DNA from: an uncultured virus (IMG/VR IMGVR_UViG_3300008108_000264)
Taxonomy: Duplodnaviria > Heunggongvirae > Uroviricota > Caudoviricetes
DNA length: 20,000 bases
Strand: one strand, 5' to 3'
IMG/VR virus record: IMGVR_UViG_3300008108_000264
The notes beneath the pieces were generated by a model. The model was not told the origin of the DNA, did not search any database, and saw nothing but the letters and a program-made list of their open reading frames with translations. The position numbers and the translations under genes are program-made. How positions within the stretch are numbered: position 1 is the first letter of the stretch; every line of letters begins with the position of its first letter. Positions 9,541 through 16,827 of the stretch are shown here, piece after piece.

Positions 9541-9556
9541 TTTTATATTATATAGC
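9541..9556 (-). repeat. Right arm of 16-bp perfect inverted repeat (TTTTATATTATATAGC on + strand)
   Basis: Exact reverse complement of 6611-6626. Begins at the first base after the MCP TAA. Confidence 0.9.
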
Positions 9557-9564
9557 TAATTAAA

Positions 9565-9619
9565 GTGTTGATTTTAGAAAAGGATTGGGGGAGAAAATCC
9601 CCCTCTTCTAAATCAATGT
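9565..9619 (+). promoter_or_regulatory. Extended RNA stem-loop after MCP (attenuator, processing site or 3' stabiliser)
   Basis: Inner stem GGGGGA(9587-9592)-GAAAA-TCCCCC(9598-9603). Outer stem TTGATTTTAGAA(9568-9579) pairs with TTCTAAATCAA(9606-9616) with one bulge. No U-tract directly after. Confidence 0.7.
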
Positions 9620-9640
9620 AAAACTTTTAAAAATAAATTT

Positions 9641-10729
9641 ATGCCTAAATTAGAAACAAGAAACAATCCAAACGTAATTAAAATTGAACCTAGCCCAACT
9701 AAAAAGCCTACAGTAAAAGTTAAGATGCAAACTCTTAATATGGCAGGTGGCTCTCCAAAATTTATAACTGACGAAAGCGGTAAGAAGACTTACCAAATGA
9801 GTTATAAGGATCCTAAAAATCTTACAAGACTTCCAGGTACTGTTGTAGAATATTCTGCATCTCTTGGTAAAAATGGTTTAAATACCGGTCTTGATAAAAA
9901 CGTAGACAATCCTTATTCAGATTTAGATTTTTATAGACAAGGTTGGGAACCTATCCTAAAGGGTAAAAAGAAAGTTCGTTTACAAGAATTATTAGAATAT
10001 AAACATAATAAACCAGCAAATTATTATACAAATCAAGTTTCAGATATTCGCAGTTCTTATCAGATGGAGGAAGCTCCATTCTATCAAAGACCTGAATCAA
10101 GAATATCTTTAAGAGATGGTGTTACATATCTTGATTTAAATAATCCTATTCATGAGGTTAATTATTATATGTTACGTTCTCATAAAATGGTAGCTAATAG
10201 TTATGAAGAGTTAAAAACAAATCCTGACGCTACTCATTACATTGTAGATGAAAATGAAAAAGTTGGTCGTGAATCTGCATCTATCCGTAAAATAAATAAA
10301 GTGGGTGCATGTCTTGAAAAACTCATTAATATGCCTGATGGTACTATCCAAGATTTCTGTAAAGCAATGCTTGTTAACAAACAAGATTTAAATAAAGAAG
10401 AAGCTTACTCAGAACTTGATGCTGTAGTTAAAAAGTCAGATGAAAGATATGATGAGTTTATGGATCTTTATGAAATGTGGGATGATCCTGCAACTAGAGA
10501 GAAATTCATGGCTTACGTTGAAACAGCTGAATTTATGTCTGTACCTAGTTTAATAACTGTTAGAAATAATAAATTCTTCTGGACACAACCTGCAGGTGAT
10601 GGTGGTAAACGCGAATTATGGGAATGGAAATCTAAAGAAGATTTTATTAATTCATTCTTATTGGATCCTAGATATCAAGATGAAGTAGAAATTCTTAGAG
10701 CTCAATATAGATCTAAAACAAGATTCTAA
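9641..10729 (+). CDS. Conserved crAss-like hypothetical protein following MCP (gene-75-like position), 362 aa
   Basis: Synteny, plus segments LNTGLD and LDLNNPIHEVNYYML...VANS...ATHYIVDENE that resemble the crAss post-MCP family as I recall it. Confidence 0.6.
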   Translation: MPKLETRNNPNVIKIEPSPTKKPTVKVKMQTLNMAGGSPKFITDESGKKTYQMSYKDPKNLTRLPGTVVEYSASLGKNGLNTGLDKNVDNPYSDLDFYRQGWEPILKGKKKVRLQELLEYKHNKPANYYTNQVSDIRSSYQMEEAPFYQRPESRISLRDGVTYLDLNNPIHEVNYYMLRSHKMVANSYEELKTNPDATHYIVDENEKVGRESASIRKINKVGACLEKLINMPDGTIQDFCKAMLVNKQDLNKEEAYSELDAVVKKSDERYDEFMDLYEMWDDPATREKFMAYVETAEFMSVPSLITVRNNKFFWTQPAGDGGKRELWEWKSKEDFINSFLLDPRYQDEVEILRAQYRSKTRF

Positions 10730-10735
10730 TAAATT

Positions 10736-11500
10736 ATGTTAATAGATGAAATGCACTATAGGTTTGATTTAGAGGTTGATAGAGTTGCATCTCAAGATCG
10801 ACCTGATATTCTTCCTCCTGAAAAGGATGATTATCTTAATCGTGCAATTAATATCTTTATTAAAGATAGATATGGTTTTGATAATCCTAAAAAGGAAGGG
10901 TTTGAAACCAGTCAAGAAAGAATAAGCAATTTAATGAACTTGCATATTAAATCTCCTGAATTACAACCAGCAGTAACTCCTTTAGACTTAGGAAATGGTT
11001 TGTTTGAACTGAGATTAAGTTCTTTAAATTATAGATATCTTTTTCTTACATCAGCTAAAGTGATGATAAGAAAAGGAGAATGTGTTAAAACTATTGATAA
11101 TACCATGTGGCAAATTGATGACAGGAAAACTGTATTTTCAGATGCTTCATTTGAATGGTCAAGAGTTTTAGCAAACTTTGGAAAATCTACTGCTGTAGCT
11201 ACAGCTAACAATCAAATACCAAGTTTATATTTCGATACAAGAGATAAAGCAGGTAAGTCTCAATTTGACATTGATAGTGTTTATATTAATTACATTAAAT
11301 ATCCTAATAGGGTATGTATAGGTGGTTATAAACACATTGATGATAAAACGCCTTCAGCAACAACTCCTACCACAAACTGTGATATCGATGATATATTTCA
11401 TGATGAGATTGTTAGAATAGCTTCAGAGCTAGCATTCAAAGACATACAAGACCAATTTGGTTATCAATCTTCTCAATTACAAACAGAAAAAGATAAATAA
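10736..11500 (+). CDS. Tail ring/tubular protein, crAss-like (gene-74-like), 254 aa
   Basis: N-terminal EMHYRFDLEVDRVAS...PEKDDYLNRA...GFETSQER, YIKYP and C-terminal CDIDDIFHDEIVRIA fit the crAss ring-protein pattern. Confidence 0.72.
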   Translation: MLIDEMHYRFDLEVDRVASQDRPDILPPEKDDYLNRAINIFIKDRYGFDNPKKEGFETSQERISNLMNLHIKSPELQPAVTPLDLGNGLFELRLSSLNYRYLFLTSAKVMIRKGECVKTIDNTMWQIDDRKTVFSDASFEWSRVLANFGKSTAVATANNQIPSLYFDTRDKAGKSQFDIDSVYINYIKYPNRVCIGGYKHIDDKTPSATTPTTNCDIDDIFHDEIVRIASELAFKDIQDQFGYQSSQLQTEKDK

Positions 11501-11514
11501 AAAAATTTAAAATT

Positions 11515-12918
11515 ATGATTACAAAACACAAAGTAGAAACTTTTATAGTTCCTCGTTTAGGTGTAGCATTTCCCATTACTCCTGGTACAACTACATTATG
11601 GGATTCTACTACTGATGCTGATTTATTAGCTGTAGGTGGATTTGCATTTTATGAGCCAGTTGTTGGTTCTGGTAACCCTGTTTCAACACTTGCTGCTCAA
11701 ACAGTAGCAAACACACCTTCATTCAAAATTATTCACCGTAGAGATGAATCTCAAGATTTAAATCCATTACAACCTAGAAAATATATCCAAACTGGCGAAA
11801 TCAAAACTGATTGCTTAGTAAGTGCTAAAGGTGCTTCTGCTAGATTGAAAAATAACGGATGTTGGATCATTGGTGATTTAGTAGGTAACGTTGGTCAAGT
11901 ACCTGTTGCTGATGAAACTGAATATATGGTTAATGCTGCTCTTCGTGGATGGAGAACAGACATGCAGAATGGTTATAACACTCCATTAAAAATGGGTCGT
12001 TTTACTACTCCTGATTATACATTGTCAACTATTTACACAACTGCTGATCAACAAGTAGATCATATTCTTGGTAACGTTGCTTTTGATTTCAACTCTGGTT
12101 CTCCAGCTGATATCGTAGCAATTTGTATTAATAGCGCCGCTACTGCAGATGTTACTAATGGTGATGTTATTGATATTACTGCAGCTGCTGCTTTAACTAT
12201 TGGTGCTCAAATTGTTATTGGTTATACCAACGCTGGTCAACCTATTAAATTAACAGTTGATGCTCAATTGATTGAAATGTTTAATCTTCTTATTAGTGTT
12301 TATGGTTTAACTGGTACTGAACAAATCGTACCTTACGCTTTAGCTACTGCTGCAAACTTAGCTGTTGCTAACAGAAACATTACTGGTGGTATTGTAGCTG
12401 CTTCTGCTACTACTGGTGTAGATAGATTATTGTTTATTTCTTTAAACAAAAAGCTTGCTTTCTACGACGAAGTATTCCAAACTAAAGAACGTGTTAACGT
12501 TGGTTTAGATGGTGGATTTGGTCAGACTACTCTTAGCCAAAGAGCTATCACTACTTCTGAAGGTCAAGGTTATGGTAGAGAATTAGCACAATACTATGGT
12601 GACATGTTTGGTAACAGACTTTACCCAGGTGGTAAAAAATGGCAGCCTAACTCTGTTAGATATTCTAACGAGATTCAAGAGAATGCTATTTATGACGTAT
12701 ATGTTATCGAATATTGTTCTAATAGAACTGCTACTAGTGGTTTAGTGAGTGTATCTCCTCAAAGAATTATTCTTGCTGTTATTAACCAAGAAATTGGTAG
12801 CGCAGTAACTAATCCTTTCTTTACAGGTGTAGCTAACCCTCAAAAAACTTATATCGAAACAAGACTTAACACTTGGATGCCAACTACTGGATTCCCATTC
12901 ACTGCGTTAGCTCTCTAA
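11515..12918 (+). CDS. Abundant structural protein, probable auxiliary capsid protein (gene-73-like position), 467 aa
   Basis: A/T/G/V-rich, MCP-like codon bias, EGQGYG and YDVYVIEY segments, followed by a strong terminator. Same position as the auxiliary capsid gene in crAss-like phages. Confidence 0.55.
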   Translation: MITKHKVETFIVPRLGVAFPITPGTTTLWDSTTDADLLAVGGFAFYEPVVGSGNPVSTLAAQTVANTPSFKIIHRRDESQDLNPLQPRKYIQTGEIKTDCLVSAKGASARLKNNGCWIIGDLVGNVGQVPVADETEYMVNAALRGWRTDMQNGYNTPLKMGRFTTPDYTLSTIYTTADQQVDHILGNVAFDFNSGSPADIVAICINSAATADVTNGDVIDITAAAALTIGAQIVIGYTNAGQPIKLTVDAQLIEMFNLLISVYGLTGTEQIVPYALATAANLAVANRNITGGIVAASATTGVDRLLFISLNKKLAFYDEVFQTKERVNVGLDGGFGQTTLSQRAITTSEGQGYGRELAQYYGDMFGNRLYPGGKKWQPNSVRYSNEIQENAIYDVYVIEYCSNRTATSGLVSVSPQRIILAVINQEIGSAVTNPFFTGVANPQKTYIETRLNTWMPTTGFPFTALAL

Positions 12919-12939
12919 GAATAACAATTTAATAATACC

Positions 12940-12974
12940 AAAAGGTGGGTGGTTAACATCATCCACCTTTTTTT
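12940..12974 (+). terminator. Rho-independent terminator
   Basis: GGTGGGTGGT-TAAC-ATCATCCACC stem (10 bp, two G-U pairs), preceded by AAAA and followed by seven T. Confidence 0.85.
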
Positions 12975-12987
12975 AAAATATATAACT

Positions 12988-14034
12988 ATGAGTTGTAAAT
13001 ATATTCCAATGTATATAGATAGAAGAGTTTTCGTAACAGGAAAGGAATCTATTTTAAATACTCATAATTTTGTTGAAGCAGGTTTCTTACCTAGAGGTGG
13101 AGAAGCCAATGATGTACTTGTAAAATGTACAAGTAAGGATTATCATACTAAATGGGATTCACTATTAAATATATTAACACCTCTACTTCCAACTCTACTT
13201 CAAGGTTTATACACATTTGAAAATGCATTAACAGAATCTCCCAATTTTACTGTTAAGTGGGGTGGTAATTTAACAATAAATACTTCAATAGACGGTCTTA
13301 ATTTATACGGAGTTTCATTTAAAAACTTAAATGGATTCAATGTAGGTACCAATGCATCAGATATTACATTAAGTACTACTACAGGAGATATTGTAATAGA
13401 ATCTGATGATATTCTAGAATTACAAGGAAAAAATGAAATTAGAATAGTAACTCCTAATGTTACTAATACTACAGCTACTGCTGGTCAAGTACTTCAATTA
13501 ATAGATCAAACTACAGGAGAATCTGAATGGCAAAGTTATATAAATAAATGTGAAGTATTACATTTCTTTGACAACCCTCTTAATGTAACAGTACCAGATG
13601 GTACTATATTACCTTCTACGTATTTAGCTGATAATTATCTTTTATTAGGAAATACATTATCAACTGATGGTAGTTATATTGAAGTAGAAGCTGTACAAAC
13701 TGTTACAGGAACATCTGGAGCTGTACCTCAATTAGTAATAGGATTGGGATTAGGACTATCACCTTTAGTTAAATATACTAGAAATCCTCCTGATCATCAA
13801 TTTACTCATATTGCTAAAGGTAAGATATTTAGAACTTCATCAACTACAGTATATCTTAGTATTGAAGGAAATATTTATGATCCTACAGGTGAACGTATAA
13901 ATTCTTATTATGATTATCAATCAGGATCTTTTAACTGGATTAGTAATGCAAATATAGTTTGTAATTTTAATTTAGGTATTGGAGATCATGTTTCTGAATT
14001 AAAACATTTTTCAATTACTAAATTTTTAAAATAA
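12988..14034 (+). CDS. Putative fibre/decoration protein (348 aa; start moved to ATG 12988)
   Basis: The listed GTG at 12949 lies inside the terminator stem, whereas ATG 12988 is in frame with an A-rich leader. N-terminal YIDRR..TGK motif shared with three downstream genes. Fibre-type segments LPRGGEANDVLVK..DYHTKW and ATAGQVLQL..GESEW. T/G/N-rich. Confidence 0.6.
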   Translation: MSCKYIPMYIDRRVFVTGKESILNTHNFVEAGFLPRGGEANDVLVKCTSKDYHTKWDSLLNILTPLLPTLLQGLYTFENALTESPNFTVKWGGNLTINTSIDGLNLYGVSFKNLNGFNVGTNASDITLSTTTGDIVIESDDILELQGKNEIRIVTPNVTNTTATAGQVLQLIDQTTGESEWQSYINKCEVLHFFDNPLNVTVPDGTILPSTYLADNYLLLGNTLSTDGSYIEVEAVQTVTGTSGAVPQLVIGLGLGLSPLVKYTRNPPDHQFTHIAKGKIFRTSSTTVYLSIEGNIYDPTGERINSYYDYQSGSFNWISNANIVCNFNLGIGDHVSELKHFSITKFLK

Positions 14035-14038
14035 TAAT

Positions 14039-15616
14039 ATGTTAATATCTGAAATTACTTATACAGGTGTAACTACGGGTACTCTTAATACACAAGCTGT
14101 AATGACTATTAGTTTAAAAGATACTTCTAAAACTAATGGTACAATTGTATCTAGAGTTTGGGCGTATGGTGTAGTAACTGGTCCTGGTACTGCAACAATA
14201 TCTAATTCTTCCGATGAAGATGTTTGTTTAATAATTGATACTAAAAATATAACTGTTAATGTAACTTTAACAGTAACTGACTCAGATGGATTTATTTGCC
14301 AATCTAGAGCTCAAATAATTAGATCAGGACTTAATACTGCATTCTATGCAATTAATGCTGATTCTTTTGTATTAGCTGGTAACTTAGTTGAGTTTACTCC
14401 TATAGATAATGTAGCAGCTATAAGTGGTTCGCCAACATTCACTACACCTGCATATACTCAATATTGGTTTGATAAAGAAAATGATAATATTTGGGATATC
14501 CAAGATACTTCAGGTTCTATTCCAACTTTTAGTTATGTTTATGGTATATCAAATTATCAAGCTAAAGTAGCAAGTACAAATGCTACAGTTTATACTACAA
14601 TAGCTTTTAACGCTGTTACTACAGGTAAAGATCTTATTGTTACATCTATAAATGATTGTACTGAATTATCAGCATACTCTGAAAGTGAAGATTATCTTTC
14701 AAGATTATTAGAAAGAGGAAGTTTAGATAATTCAAATATGAAGTATCTACAAGTTACATTAACTAATAACTGTTGTGCATCTGAATCTGTTGTTTGTAAA
14801 ATATATCCTCTTTATGGTATATCTATCTCACAAGGACAATATACTAATACAGGAATTGATGTTCCAGCAGAAGATTGGCCATTATCAGTAGCATGTCCTA
14901 CTGTACCTGACTTTAGATTATTTACTGTACCAATAACAATATCTGGTATTACTGCATCTAATGTATTATCTATTCAACATACTGATAGAGGTATACCTGG
15001 TTATACTACTGTTACAGGATCATTAACTTTTGATCTTGAAGTTTTATTTGAAGGATATAGTATTGGAGTTTGTGGAAATCAAATACCACAAACTAATACA
15101 ATTATATTAACTACTACAGAAGGACACATATACACAATAGTATATACTTTAGTTGATAATGGTGGCACTACTTCAATGAATTTAGAAATTGATAGTATAA
15201 CTTCACCTACTGAAGCACAATTAAATCCATGTGATATTAGCATAGTAGAAGAACCTTCTAATACAGTTATGTACTTAACTCCTGCTAATTTTGGTTTAAC
15301 TTTAGATTCTTTTCCAGATGGTATTTATCAAGTTACAATTAATAATAGTGGTATAAGTAATGAAACAGTCTCAGGTTGTACATTTGTTAATTGTGAAATG
15401 TATTGTTTAATAATTAAAGCATTAGCTAATGAATGTCCTAGTACAATAAGCATATTATATGAAGCTTTAGTTTACTCTGCTAATTGTGATAATGTTTCTT
15501 GTCAGAATCTTTGTGATTTATATGAAATGTTAGTTTCATTATTAGATGAATGTGATTGTACAATATTATCTAACACACGACCTGTAATATCATCTAATTG
15601 TGGTTGTAATAAATAA
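14039..15616 (+). CDS. Structural protein with PKD/Ig-like N-terminal domains and Cys-rich C-terminus (possible tail hub subunit), 525 aa
   Basis: SRVWAY...VTLTVTDSDG and YWFDKENDNIWD...FSYVY..NYQAKV resemble PKD domains. 11 Cys in the last ~80 aa, ending SNCGCNK. Confidence 0.5.
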   Translation: MLISEITYTGVTTGTLNTQAVMTISLKDTSKTNGTIVSRVWAYGVVTGPGTATISNSSDEDVCLIIDTKNITVNVTLTVTDSDGFICQSRAQIIRSGLNTAFYAINADSFVLAGNLVEFTPIDNVAAISGSPTFTTPAYTQYWFDKENDNIWDIQDTSGSIPTFSYVYGISNYQAKVASTNATVYTTIAFNAVTTGKDLIVTSINDCTELSAYSESEDYLSRLLERGSLDNSNMKYLQVTLTNNCCASESVVCKIYPLYGISISQGQYTNTGIDVPAEDWPLSVACPTVPDFRLFTVPITISGITASNVLSIQHTDRGIPGYTTVTGSLTFDLEVLFEGYSIGVCGNQIPQTNTIILTTTEGHIYTIVYTLVDNGGTTSMNLEIDSITSPTEAQLNPCDISIVEEPSNTVMYLTPANFGLTLDSFPDGIYQVTINNSGISNETVSGCTFVNCEMYCLIIKALANECPSTISILYEALVYSANCDNVSCQNLCDLYEMLVSLLDECDCTILSNTRPVISSNCGCNK

Positions 15617-15623
15617 TTAATTT

Positions 15624-15872
15624 ATGAATACATTAAAATGTAAATTATTAGAATATGCAGTTTTATATTCAGGTAAATCCTTATGGGGTTTAGATTGTGA
15701 CTTAGAACAATTACAGATTGAACTTGAAAAAATCCACAGATATTTATTTTTGCTAAATTCATTGGAATCACAGAACGACTGTCCTCATATTCCAATAAAA
15801 ATGCAAGAAAAAATAGATAATTATATAAAAGCATTAAATAGAAAAAGATCTACTTTTTGCAAAAATTGTTAA
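15624..15872 (+). CDS. Small Cys-containing helical protein (possible partner of the upstream hub-like protein), 82 aa
   Basis: Tightly packed in the operon (7-nt gap). Five Cys, ending in CKNC. Confidence 0.6.
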   Translation: MNTLKCKLLEYAVLYSGKSLWGLDCDLEQLQIELEKIHRYLFLLNSLESQNDCPHIPIKMQEKIDNYIKALNRKRSTFCKNC

Positions 15873-15891
15873 TAATTAAAATAAAAATAAA

Positions 15892-16296
15892 ATGGCAATT
15901 AGAAGTACACTTGTTGGTACACCTGACAAGAATTCAATAGATGCAGCTAGAACAGTTACACATGAGTTAAGAAGAATTAAAAGTGCTCTTGTTAATGTAT
16001 CTACAGCACCTAATCAAACTAGCACTATAAATTTATTAACTACTATTGATGCTAGTTTAGCTACTATTGATACAAATATTAGTTCTCTTTTGACTTCTAC
16101 TGAATTAGCAAACTGGAATTTAAAAGCTGGCAATTCAACAGAATACACTTATTATACAGGTATTGATACTGGTAATCCTAGTGGGTCTACATCTAATGTA
16201 AAATTAATAGTTTATAAAGAAGGAATAAGTACAATACTTACTCAAACTATATCTTATAACGCATCAGATTTAGTAATATCAATTGTAACAACTTAA
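15892..16296 (+). CDS. Hypothetical virion protein, 134 aa
   Basis: A-rich leader, heptad-like segment LTTIDASLATIDTNISSL, then a beta-rich C-terminal domain. Within the fibre cluster. Confidence 0.6.
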   Translation: MAIRSTLVGTPDKNSIDAARTVTHELRRIKSALVNVSTAPNQTSTINLLTTIDASLATIDTNISSLLTSTELANWNLKAGNSTEYTYYTGIDTGNPSGSTSNVKLIVYKEGISTILTQTISYNASDLVISIVTT

Positions 16297-16310
16297 TAAA
16301 ATAAAGTAAA

Positions 16311-16823
16311 ATGAAAAAAATATATATAGATAAAAGAGTTACCGTTACTGGTAAACAAAATACATTAGATACATCTAATAATCTTGATTTAAATAAACAC
16401 ATTGAAAGTGTAGTAGAAGAATTAGATTTAGGTACAAGCTTACCGTATAAAAAGTATGTTGCTGTTATTTCACAAACAGGTGAAAGTGCTCCTACTGCTA
16501 TTATTCTTGAAAATACTTTAGGTGAAGTTCCAACATGGTCATATCCTGATCCTACTAAAAAAGGTACATATACATTAACATCAGTTGATCCTAAATTATT
16601 TGAAGGACATGTTGGTGTTTTCTTTTCATCAACTGGTGAACAACCTTTTGAAGGAGTACTTGGTCAATATGCTGAACTTTCAGGTGATAAACCAAAATAT
16701 GATTATCAATTAAATTTTTATTCTGCTAACGTTGATGGTACTGGAAACAGAAATCTTTCTGATGGTTTATTTAATTGTATGATTGAAATTAGAGTTTATC
16801 CTTTAACTAATATAGAAAACTAA
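16311..16823 (+). CDS. Putative fibre/decoration protein with shared N-terminal motif, 170 aa
   Basis: MKKIYIDKRV..G...LDLNKHIE N-terminus followed by a compact beta domain (YKKYVAVISQTG...IEIRVY). Confidence 0.6.
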   Translation: MKKIYIDKRVTVTGKQNTLDTSNNLDLNKHIESVVEELDLGTSLPYKKYVAVISQTGESAPTAIILENTLGEVPTWSYPDPTKKGTYTLTSVDPKLFEGHVGVFFSSTGEQPFEGVLGQYAELSGDKPKYDYQLNFYSANVDGTGNRNLSDGLFNCMIEIRVYPLTNIEN

Positions 16824-16827
16824 AACT

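Noticed and set aside
12949..12987. GTG start and first 13 codons of the 361-aa ORF
   Set aside because: They overlap the terminator hairpin and U-tract. ATG 12988 has a typical A-rich leader.
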